Source: an uncultured Ruminococcus sp. (GTDB taxonomy: Bacteria > Bacillota > Clostridia > Oscillospirales > Ruminococcaceae). From it: 64,000 nucleotides of DNA. The translations under genes and the position numbers were made by a program. The notes below the pieces were generated by a model, which did no database searches, was not told the origin of the DNA, and saw nothing but the letters and a program-made list of their open reading frames with translations. Shown here in pieces: positions 56,517 through 64,000 of this stretch (position 1 is its first letter; the number at the start of each line of letters is the position of its first letter). The stretch covers positions 41,554-105,553 of the forward strand of contig CAYNPW010000002.1 of assembly GCA_964399215.1 (NCBI GenBank), read 5' to 3'.

Positions 56517-56999
56517 ATGGGTATTGAAAAATTATATAATAATTCTGCACATACAAATTGTTATACATATTTTCGTATAACCGGCAATTTTAATCCTGAT
56601 ACAATAACTAACTTACTTTGTCTTACACCGGAGAAATCTTGGAAAATCGGTGATACGAGAAAAAACGGAACACAATACGATTTTGCGTCTTGGCAATTTG
56701 GTACTTGCAAGGAATACGATATTATAGTTGAAAATCAAATGCTTAAAACCATTGCTCCGCTTATTTCAAAAATTGAAATATTAAAAGAGATCAAGCGCAA
56801 ATTTGATGTCAACTTCACATTAGAAGTCGTGTCAACAGTACGATCTGATGAAACAACACCGTGTTTGGCACCGTCTATAAATATTATGCAGTTTTGTTGC
56901 GATACAGGGACAGAAATTGATATAGATTTGTATGTTAGCTGTCCAAATGGTTTTGAAAATGAGGTTTTGAATCGGAGAATTGCGGGGCAAGAGTTATGA
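56517..56999 (+). CDS. DUF4279-like protein
   Basis: The pattern YFRITGNFNPDTITNLLCLTPEKSWKIGDTR...FASWQFGT...F.LEV fits DUF4279. ATG 56517 lies 5 nt after GAGG. AT-rich. Confidence 0.55.
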   Translation: MGIEKLYNNSAHTNCYTYFRITGNFNPDTITNLLCLTPEKSWKIGDTRKNGTQYDFASWQFGTCKEYDIIVENQMLKTIAPLISKIEILKEIKRKFDVNFTLEVVSTVRSDETTPCLAPSINIMQFCCDTGTEIDIDLYVSCPNGFENEVLNRRIAGQEL

Positions 57000-57676
57000 A
57001 TAAATGTCCGTGTTGCGGAAAAAGAAGTTTTGGCGGAGCCTTTTACGACGGCGTGGGGTGTCCTGTGTGCAGTTGGATAAGAGACAGGCAGGCTGAGGAC
57101 TTTCCCGAACTTTACAGCAGTGTAAACGAATGTACACTTGAGGAGGCAAGGCGTAATGCCAAAATAAGAAGAGGTATGGAAAACTCCTTAAGAAAAGATA
57201 TAAGAAAACCTTGTAAAACTAAATCAAATGTTGTTCTTACAGGCAGACAGCATTATATTATTGCTGTAACAGAAATAATTTGTCTTATATGTGCCATATT
57301 GTCTGAAAAGTATGTGATTAAAGTCGATACAGGCGTATGTTTTATTGTACTGTTTATTATTTTAAAGCTTGCGAGTGCGTCGGTGAATTTCCGTGCCGGT
57401 AAGAACGATATGCCCGAGGTATCTCAAAAAGCTCAGACGGTGACCCGATTTTTGTATAAGCTTGCAGTGACGATAATGTTTTTGTCGCTGATATGTGTGG
57501 TGTTACTGTTTTTCTCATTTATTGGCATTTTTGAGGTGCTATTATGCTGGAACAGAGCAACGTCTCCATATAATCCTTTGAAATGTCTGGATTTTTTTGG
57601 GCGTCACATATTTGCATTTTTTTTACCTGCTGCAGAGATGTGGATATATAGATTAAAAAAACGTAGAAAAGACTAA
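56996..57676 (+). CDS. Cys-rich CPCC-domain protein fused to a four-helix membrane domain
   Basis: N-terminal CPCCGKRSF....GCPVCSWIRDRQAEDFPELYSSVNECTLEEARRN matches the CPCC domain pattern (CPCCG...CP.C.WE.D..Q). The start overlaps the upstream stop (ATGA). Confidence 0.6.
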   Translation: MNKCPCCGKRSFGGAFYDGVGCPVCSWIRDRQAEDFPELYSSVNECTLEEARRNAKIRRGMENSLRKDIRKPCKTKSNVVLTGRQHYIIAVTEIICLICAILSEKYVIKVDTGVCFIVLFIILKLASASVNFRAGKNDMPEVSQKAQTVTRFLYKLAVTIMFLSLICVVLLFFSFIGIFEVLLCWNRATSPYNPLKCLDFFGRHIFAFFLPAAEMWIYRLKKRRKD

Positions 57677-57722
57677 AATTAAAAGCTTTAGTATACAGAA
57701 AAAATAGTTAGGAGCTGATATT

Positions 57723-58985
57723 ATGTCAACTGCATTTAAGCCTGCAGATATACTGATTCCGCAAAATCTTAATATGGAAAAGTGGGCGGTAGTTGCTTGC
57801 GACCAGTATACTTCCGAGCCTGAGTACTGGGAGGACGTAAGTAAGATCGTAGGAGACGAAAAGTCTGCGCTGAACCTTATCCTGCCCGAGGTCTATCTTG
57901 AAAATTCCGACGTTGACAGATGTATTGACAGGATACACGAAAATATGGCTGAATATGTAAGCGGCGATACCTTTAAGGAGTATAAAAACTCGCTTGTTTA
58001 CGTTGAAAGAATACAGTCCGACGGAAAGCTCAGAGCGGGTATCGTGGGTATGATAGATCTGGAGCAGTACGATTATACCAAAGGCTCGAAGTCCGCAGTA
58101 AGAGCAACCGAGGCTACGGTTGTGGAGCGGATTCCTCCGAGAATTAAAATCCGCAGGGGAGCGCCTGTGGAGCTTCCGCACATTATGATACTGATAGACG
58201 ATACTGAAAAGACGGTTGTTGAGCCGCTGGCAGATAAAAAGTCCGTATTTGAAAAGGTATACGATTTCGACCTTATGAAAAACGGCGGACATATAAGAGG
58301 ATATGTTATAGACAAGTCCTCTCAGGATACTGTATTGAACGCACTGGAAAAGCTGGGGGATACCGACGCATTCAACGCTAAATACGGTCTTGAGGAGAGT
58401 TCTCCTCTGGTGTACGCTATGGGCGACGGAAATCACTCCCTTGCAACGGCTAAGGAATTTTACGAGGAGCAGAAAAGAACAAATCCCGATAAGGATATGT
58501 CGAACGCTCCCTGCCGCTATGCTCTGGTTGAGATAGTAAATCTTCATTCCCCCGCGCTGGAGTTCGAGGCTATACACAGGATCGTTATGGGAGTAAATAC
58601 CGAAAAGCTGCTGACTGAAATGGTGCTGGAGCTTGATCTTGCGGAAGATAGATCGGAGCAGAAGATAACCGTCGTCCGGGGCGGCAGACATAAGGATATG
58701 TATATTCACAATCCAAGTTCAAAGCTGACAGTCGGTTCTTTGCAGAATTTCCTCGATAAATACATAAAGGAAAACGGCGGCAGGGTGGATTATATCCATG
58801 GTGCGGAGGTTATCGGTGAGCTTTCCAAAAAGGATAATTCCATTGGTTTTCTGCTACCAGATATGGGAAAAAACGAGCTGTTCCCCACAGTTATCGCGGA
58901 CGGTGCGCTGCCCAGAAAGACATTCTCAATGGGACATGCCGAGGACAAACGTTTTTACATTGAGGCAAGAAGAATTGACGGATAG
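57723..58985 (+). CDS. DUF1015 family protein
   Basis: 420 aa. FKPADILIP......W.VVACDQYTSEP.YW and GDGNHSLATAK are motifs I associate with DUF1015. Confidence 0.8.
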   Translation: MSTAFKPADILIPQNLNMEKWAVVACDQYTSEPEYWEDVSKIVGDEKSALNLILPEVYLENSDVDRCIDRIHENMAEYVSGDTFKEYKNSLVYVERIQSDGKLRAGIVGMIDLEQYDYTKGSKSAVRATEATVVERIPPRIKIRRGAPVELPHIMILIDDTEKTVVEPLADKKSVFEKVYDFDLMKNGGHIRGYVIDKSSQDTVLNALEKLGDTDAFNAKYGLEESSPLVYAMGDGNHSLATAKEFYEEQKRTNPDKDMSNAPCRYALVEIVNLHSPALEFEAIHRIVMGVNTEKLLTEMVLELDLAEDRSEQKITVVRGGRHKDMYIHNPSSKLTVGSLQNFLDKYIKENGGRVDYIHGAEVIGELSKKDNSIGFLLPDMGKNELFPTVIADGALPRKTFSMGHAEDKRFYIEARRIDG

Positions 58986-59001
58986 TCGGGAGGCGTGTTA
59001 T

Positions 59002-59679
59002 ATGGCTTACAACGCAAAGGCGCAATGGTATCCAGAATTTGTAAAGCTTCAGGAAATGCTGAAAAAGCCTGAGAATATCAATGAGATAAAAAGCATTCTC
59101 ATATATCTTCACAGTCAGCTTCATTCCTCTGATGTTTACGGAGCCGGACGGACATATTATGATGAAATTTCGGAGCAGATATGCAAAGAGAATTTTTCGG
59201 TGTGTCCCAGAAAAACCAATATGACCATAGCGTGGGACTTGTGGCATATAACCCGTATTGAGGACTTGACAACAAGCATTCTTCTTTGCCGCAGCGGTCA
59301 GGTTTTTGACGGTTATAAGGACAGGCTTAATGCAAGCGTGACCGACACGGGAAACTCTATGACAGATGACGAGATATTTGCATTAAGCGATGAGCTTTCC
59401 ATAGACGGACTTTTTGAATACCGCAAAGAAGTGGGAAGAAAAACCAAGGGCTTTATTGAAGGTCTTACATTGGAGGAGCTGAAAAGGACTTTTCCCGAAA
59501 ACGACGTGCAGAGAATAAAGTCCGAGGGCGGAGTGACCGAGCAGACAGAGGGTCTTATGTATTACTGGGGCAAGAAAAATGTCTCGGGAATAATTACAAT
59601 GCCTATGACAAAGCATCAGATAATGCATCTCAACGATTGCGTTAAAATTATTGAGTGGTACAATAAGCGCCGTAAGTAA
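59002..59679 (+). CDS. DinB-like (four-helix-bundle, His-triad) protein
   Basis: ATG 59002 follows GGGAGG. The track ORF from 58798 overlaps the DUF1015 gene. Spaced His residues (LHSQLH, WDLWHITRIED, HQIMHLND) fit a DinB_2-like pattern. The assignment is tentative. Confidence 0.5.
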   Translation: MAYNAKAQWYPEFVKLQEMLKKPENINEIKSILIYLHSQLHSSDVYGAGRTYYDEISEQICKENFSVCPRKTNMTIAWDLWHITRIEDLTTSILLCRSGQVFDGYKDRLNASVTDTGNSMTDDEIFALSDELSIDGLFEYRKEVGRKTKGFIEGLTLEELKRTFPENDVQRIKSEGGVTEQTEGLMYYWGKKNVSGIITMPMTKHQIMHLNDCVKIIEWYNKRRK

Positions 59680-59735
59680 ATGTGTTTTCGGCTTTATACC
59701 GTGTGATTTATAGAACAAGGGGAGAAAAGGTTTAA

Positions 59736-60731
59736 ATGAAACTATCAATATTAAAGCTTGCCGCAGTTGTATGTACGGCGGCATTGACAGTCGGGTGCAG
59801 TCTGATGAAAGGCAGCTCCGACAGCAAAACAGTACAGCCCAATAAAGGTTTTGCTGTTGTAGACTGCGAAAGAATAAGCTACGAGGTCAATAAGGGCTGG
59901 AATAAATCGGTAAACAATGATGACGAAGACGGCTATCCTATGTATTGGGATCCTGTAACAGGCAGCGGATACGGATTACTTGCTATACGTTCTGACCGTG
60001 GCTTTTCCGCTGAGAAGGTCGTTGCTGAGGTAGATGAACAATATGAGAAAGAGTATTCCGCAAAGCATTTTGAGGATCTGTCGGACAAAATCACGAACGC
60101 TGACGGTGACGAGCTGAGATACATGATTTATGAAATGACAGTCGATGAAGTAGATATGATGGGTTGCTTGGTTTTCTGTGAGGAGAAAAACCTTGTGGTA
60201 TATTATAAAGCGCAGAATGATGATGAAAAGGACCCCGAACTTTATATTGCCCCGCAGCTTAAAAAAATGGCGCTGAGCACCCGCTTCAAGGAACGTGAAA
60301 ACAAAATGTCGGATAGCTGCTTTACACAGGAATTACAGAACATGAGGTTTGAATTTTCAGGCGATGATCTTACAGTTTACACGGACGGTGAGGAAAATTA
60401 TCACAGAGGAAAATGCGAAATACTTCGCGGTATGGAGGCTGTGGACAGAGTTGATTCTATGAATTTATACTTTTATTCCAAAGAAGAACAGATAAACTCA
60501 ATTAACGCGCAAAAGGCATTTTTTGATGATTACTATGCCGTGATCCTTAATACCGAACAAGCTGTGGAGAATGGCGAAAGCATTAAAGCAGAGCCTTCTC
60601 AGGAGGTTTATGTTGGTTTCTACGACGAGCAGACCGACAGCTTTGAAATGACAGACTGTAAAACCTTTTATTTCGGGGAATGGAAAAGGCAGACGGAAAA
60701 CAGTTCCGATAATTCAGACGATAATAGCTGA
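59736..60731 (+). CDS. lipoprotein of unknown function
   Basis: Signal peptide with lipobox LTVGCSL. No recognisable domain. Ser/Asp-rich C-terminal tail. Confidence 0.6.
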   Translation: MKLSILKLAAVVCTAALTVGCSLMKGSSDSKTVQPNKGFAVVDCERISYEVNKGWNKSVNNDDEDGYPMYWDPVTGSGYGLLAIRSDRGFSAEKVVAEVDEQYEKEYSAKHFEDLSDKITNADGDELRYMIYEMTVDEVDMMGCLVFCEEKNLVVYYKAQNDDEKDPELYIAPQLKKMALSTRFKERENKMSDSCFTQELQNMRFEFSGDDLTVYTDGEENYHRGKCEILRGMEAVDRVDSMNLYFYSKEEQINSINAQKAFFDDYYAVILNTEQAVENGESIKAEPSQEVYVGFYDEQTDSFEMTDCKTFYFGEWKRQTENSSDNSDDNS

Positions 60732-60779
60732 AATAATTTCAGTTAAAATATATTAATGCAGTATAAGGAGTAATAAGCA

Positions 60780-61949
60780 ATGATAATTTCAGAAGTAAAA
60801 AAAGAGCTTACAGATCACATAATCCCGTTCTGGAGCGGTTTGAGGGACGACGAAAACGGCGGATTTTACGGCTATATGGGCTACGATCTTACGTTGGATA
60901 AAAAGGCTGACAAGGGCGTGATCCTCCATTCTAGAATTTTGTGGTTTTACTCAAACGCATACCTTACCTTAAAGGACGACAGTCTGCTTGATTACGCCAA
61001 GCACGCTTACGAGTTCATAAAGGGTAAGTGCGTTGACTACGACAAGGGCGGAGTTTACTGGATGATGAATTACAAGGGCGAGCCTGTGGACGATATGAAG
61101 CATACATACAATATAGCTTTCGCAATTTATGCGCTTGCATGCTATTACAGAGCAAGTGGAGATAAGGACGCTCTTGCGCTGGCGTACAAGCTGTTTAACG
61201 ATATTGAGGAAAATACTCTCGACGAGTACGGCTATCAGGAGGCTTTTGACAGAGAGTGGAATTTAGTATCCAACGACGCTCTGTCGGAAAACGGCTTGCA
61301 GGCTGACAAGACAATGAACGCTATTCTTCATCTTATCGAGGCTTATACCGAGCTTTATCTTGCGGACAAGAACGAAAAAGTCGCTGAAAGACTTAAATTC
61401 CAGCTTGGTCAGATGAGAGATATTGTTTATACTCCCGAGACAAATGCGCTTAAGGTCTTCTTTGATACTAAGTTTGATCTTGTGGGAGATATTCATTCCT
61501 ACGGTCACGATATCGAGGCTACATGGCTTATGGACAGAGCCTGCGACATACTGGGAGAGGAAGAACTCAAAAAGGAATTTGCGGCAATGAACCTTAAGAT
61601 ATCCGACAATATCTATAATATTGCTCTTGAGGACGGCGCTCTCAACAACGAGCGTGAGAACGAGAAGATAGACCGCAAGAGAGTATGGTGGGTTCAGGCT
61701 GAGAGCGTGGTAGGCTTTATCAACGCATATCAGCACGGCGGAGACAAGAAGTTCCTTGAGGCGGCAAAGTCTGTATGGGAATACATCAAGTCCGACATTA
61801 TCGATAAAAGGGAGGGATCTGAGTGGTATTCGGAGGTTTCCTTTGAGCATATCCCTCACGATTTCAAGGAGATCGTAGGCCCTTGGAAGTGCCCTTATCA
61901 CAACGGAAGAATGTGTATGGAGGTAATCTCCAGAGGAGTTGACTTCTGA
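60780..61949 (+). CDS. cellobiose 2-epimerase / N-acylglucosamine 2-epimerase (AGE) superfamily enzyme
   Basis: 389 aa. ELTDHIIPFW..LRDDENGGFYGY...KADKGVILHSRILWFYSNAY...GPWKCPYHNGRMCMEV. From memory this is very close to the characterised Ruminococcus albus cellobiose 2-epimerase. Confidence 0.8.
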   Translation: MIISEVKKELTDHIIPFWSGLRDDENGGFYGYMGYDLTLDKKADKGVILHSRILWFYSNAYLTLKDDSLLDYAKHAYEFIKGKCVDYDKGGVYWMMNYKGEPVDDMKHTYNIAFAIYALACYYRASGDKDALALAYKLFNDIEENTLDEYGYQEAFDREWNLVSNDALSENGLQADKTMNAILHLIEAYTELYLADKNEKVAERLKFQLGQMRDIVYTPETNALKVFFDTKFDLVGDIHSYGHDIEATWLMDRACDILGEEELKKEFAAMNLKISDNIYNIALEDGALNNERENEKIDRKRVWWVQAESVVGFINAYQHGGDKKFLEAAKSVWEYIKSDIIDKREGSEWYSEVSFEHIPHDFKEIVGPWKCPYHNGRMCMEVISRGVDF

Positions 61950-62647
61950 TGTTTAAGTACGAAACACATTTGCACACTGCTGAGGCAAGCGCCTGCGCTT
62001 CGGCAAGCGGAGCAGAGCAGGCGAGACGTTACAAGGAGCTGGGCTACGACGGAATAATCGTCACGGACCACTTTTTTAACGGAAACACCGCCGTTACCAA
62101 TTACCTTAACTGGGAGGAAAGAGTAAACCGTTACTGCAAGGGCTACGAGAACGCAAAGGCTGTGGGTGACGAGATAGGGCTGAAAGTATTTTTCGGCATT
62201 GAGTACTCATATTTCGGAACGGATCTTCTTACCTACGGCGTTGATAAGCAGTGGCTTTTAGAAAACGAAAATATATGCGACGTGAGCTTTTATCAGTATG
62301 CGGAAAGAGTACATCAAGCAGGCGGAATTCTTATCCATGCGCACCCGTTCAGAGAAGCGGAGTGGTATATACATGAGATAAAGCTTCTGCCCAAGTGGAT
62401 AGACGGAATAGAGGTCTATAACAGCGGCAACGGCAAGGAAATTTACAATGACCGCGCCCAGTGGTATGCGGAGCAGTTCGGCTTTGTGCAGACAGGCGGC
62501 ACTGACAATCATCACCTGAGTGTGGCTGCCGAGCGTATGAGCGGTATTGAGACGGATAAGGAGATCTGCTCCATAGAGGACTATATTGAAACAGTCAGAA
62601 ACGGTAATTTGAAACCGATCATTCCCGAACGTAAAGCTGAGGGATAA
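61949..62647 (+). CDS. PHP-domain (polymerase/histidinol-phosphatase-like) metal-dependent phosphoesterase
   Basis: N-terminal HLHTAEASAC, then IIVTDHF and IHAHPFRE..GGTDNHH, the PHP His/Asp metal ligand motifs. The start overlaps the upstream stop (TGATG). Confidence 0.7.
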   Translation: MFKYETHLHTAEASACASASGAEQARRYKELGYDGIIVTDHFFNGNTAVTNYLNWEERVNRYCKGYENAKAVGDEIGLKVFFGIEYSYFGTDLLTYGVDKQWLLENENICDVSFYQYAERVHQAGGILIHAHPFREAEWYIHEIKLLPKWIDGIEVYNSGNGKEIYNDRAQWYAEQFGFVQTGGTDNHHLSVAAERMSGIETDKEICSIEDYIETVRNGNLKPIIPERKAEG

Positions 62648-62678
62648 GATTATATTACAAAATGAAAGGAAAATAATT

Positions 62679-63866
62679 ATGAAAATCAAGAAAATTCTAG
62701 CTTGTACCCTTGCGCTGACAATGGGTATGGTAATGCTTACCTCCTGCGGAGATAAGGAAAACGAAAGCAGCGAGACCGCTGAAACGTCTTCTTCTGCGGA
62801 AGAAAATAATGAAAGCGGCGGAACCTCCGACATATCTCAGACCCACACCAACGATCCTATGACGGTTACCTCCGCTAAAGATCTGGTAGCGCAGATGAAA
62901 GTCGGCTGGAACTTAGGAAATACGCTGGACGCAACGGGAGGCTCAGGAATTGACGCAGAGACCTCATGGGGAAATGTGGCTACTGACAAGATAATGATCG
63001 ATATGGTAAAGGCGGCAGGATTCAACGTTCTGAGAGTTCCGACTTCGTGGGGTACTCATCTTGAGGACGACTACACTATCGATCCCGAATGGCTGGACAG
63101 AGTACAGGAGGTTGTAAACTACGGCATTGACAACGATATGTTTGTGATCTTAAATACCCACCATGAGGAGTGGTATATGCCTACTCAGTCGGACGTTGAG
63201 GAGGATCTTGTTCAGCTTGAAGCTGTTTGGACACAGATAGCTGAACGCTTCAAGGGATATGACGAGCATCTTATTTTTGAGGGAGTTAACGAACCCCGTC
63301 TGAGAGGAGACGGTGCAGAATGGACAGGCACAGGTGAATCAAGAGAGATAGTCAATCAATATGCAAAGACCTTTGTTGAAACGGTAAGAGCTACAGGCGG
63401 AAACAATGCAGACCGCTGCCTTATGGTAACTCCTTATGCGGCGTCATCATCGGCTACGAATATGGAAGCGCTTGAAATTCCTGAGGACAGCGACAAGATA
63501 ATCGTTTCAATACATGCATATCTGCCTTACTCGTTTGCGCTTGATACTCAGGGCACGGATGTTTATGATCCAAATGACAATTCGATAAACGAGCTTTTTG
63601 AAAACATCAAGGTATATTTTCTTGACAAAGACATTCCGGTTATCGTAGGAGAATTCGGTTCAGTAAATAAGGATAACATTGACGACAGAGTACAGTGCGT
63701 TACAGATTATCTGACAACCGCCAAGGAGTATGGAGTACCCTGTATCTGGTGGGACAACGGCGCAAGAGTAGGAAGCGGTGAGAATTTCGGACTGCTCAAC
63801 AGAGCGGAATATGACTGGTTTTTCCCTGAGATCATTGAGGCTGTTCAAGGTGTTGTGGGTCAGTAA
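62679..63866 (+). CDS. glycoside hydrolase family 5 endoglucanase, lipoprotein-anchored
   Basis: Lipobox MLTSCGD. GWNLGNTLDA, RVPTSW, the acid/base residue in FEGVNEPR, and the nucleophile in VIVGEFGS. Confidence 0.85.
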   Translation: MKIKKILACTLALTMGMVMLTSCGDKENESSETAETSSSAEENNESGGTSDISQTHTNDPMTVTSAKDLVAQMKVGWNLGNTLDATGGSGIDAETSWGNVATDKIMIDMVKAAGFNVLRVPTSWGTHLEDDYTIDPEWLDRVQEVVNYGIDNDMFVILNTHHEEWYMPTQSDVEEDLVQLEAVWTQIAERFKGYDEHLIFEGVNEPRLRGDGAEWTGTGESREIVNQYAKTFVETVRATGGNNADRCLMVTPYAASSSATNMEALEIPEDSDKIIVSIHAYLPYSFALDTQGTDVYDPNDNSINELFENIKVYFLDKDIPVIVGEFGSVNKDNIDDRVQCVTDYLTTAKEYGVPCIWWDNGARVGSGENFGLLNRAEYDWFFPEIIEAVQGVVGQ

Positions 63867-63875
63867 TGTTCAATA

Positions 63876-63917
63876 AAACAGCCCTCGGTAAAAAAAAAAG
63901 CCGAGGGCTGTTTTTCA
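63876..63917 (+). terminator. rho-independent terminator
   Basis: AACAGCCCTCGG (63878..63889) pairs with CCGAGGGCTGTT (63901..63912), followed by TTTC. Confidence 0.8.
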
Positions 63918-64000
63918 ATAGTATTTATTGAAATAATAGCAATAAAAAAGCGATAGCCGAAACTATCGCTTTTAAGTAATTCTAAATAAGAATTATTACT

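Noticed and set aside
57726-58709. 327 aa ORF on the minus strand
   Set aside because: It is antisense to the DUF1015 gene. It is a shadow ORF with no recognisable motif.
61263-61901. 212 aa ORF on the minus strand. Similar cases are 62258..62833, 26024..26584, 14730..15320 and 43787..44488.
   Set aside because: All lie antisense inside confidently assigned genes (epimerase, PHP/GH5, ABC ATPase/SGNH, hisS, GH5) and lack RBS or motifs.

Overview
The 64 kb window looks like chromosomal core DNA of a low-GC Gram-positive anaerobe (Clostridia). Gene content points to a Ruminococcus-like fibre degrader. The 60780..61949 product resembles, from memory, the characterised Ruminococcus albus cellobiose 2-epimerase, and there are two lipoprotein-type GH5 enzymes and a type I pullulanase. 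No database search was possible, so this attribution is tentative.

Most of the window is housekeeping:
- Enzymes and translation: gdhA, nth, hisS, aspS, mgsA, an RsuA-type pseudouridine synthase and an S11 DD-carboxypeptidase.
- Chaperones, secretion and sporulation: clpB, secA and spoIIAA-spoIIAB-sigF.
- Lipid and transport genes: pssA-psd, a lipid kinase, an MsmK-like ABC ATPase and a MATE pump.
- RNA elements: RNase P RNA, a yybP-ykoY (Mn) riboswitch in front of mntP, and a complete T-box leader.

I saw no rRNA, tRNA, CRISPR array, transposase, integrase or prophage block.

The most interesting signal is an Asp-type T-box (specifier GAC). It sits directly in front of an S66 (MccF/LdcA-family) peptidase, not in front of a tRNA synthetase. 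The peptidase is followed without a terminator by hisS, three unknown small genes, aspS and a GNAT acetyltransferase only 4 nt after aspS. Together these resemble a tRNA-Asp-sensing defence module against aminoacyl-adenylate (microcin-C-type) AspRS inhibitors. This reading is inference only.

Other points worth a second look:
- A perfect LexA (Cheo) box controlling a sigma-region-4-only protein, divergent from a YnzC(DUF896)-WYL regulator pair.
- An orphan MazF toxin with no antitoxin ORF.
- A MinD-like ATPase without MinC/MinE or a membrane-targeting helix.
- A divergent MraY paralogue in an operon with a flippase-like protein, pssA and psd.
- A recent intragenic tandem duplication giving a two-domain cyclophilin lipoprotein.
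- A frameshifted XRE-VOC-zinc-ribbon gene.
- An AT-rich three-gene islet (zinc-ribbon membrane protein, DUF4279-like, CPCC-domain membrane protein) after secA.

All family calls come from motif recognition by eye. RNA and promoter boundaries are approximate.
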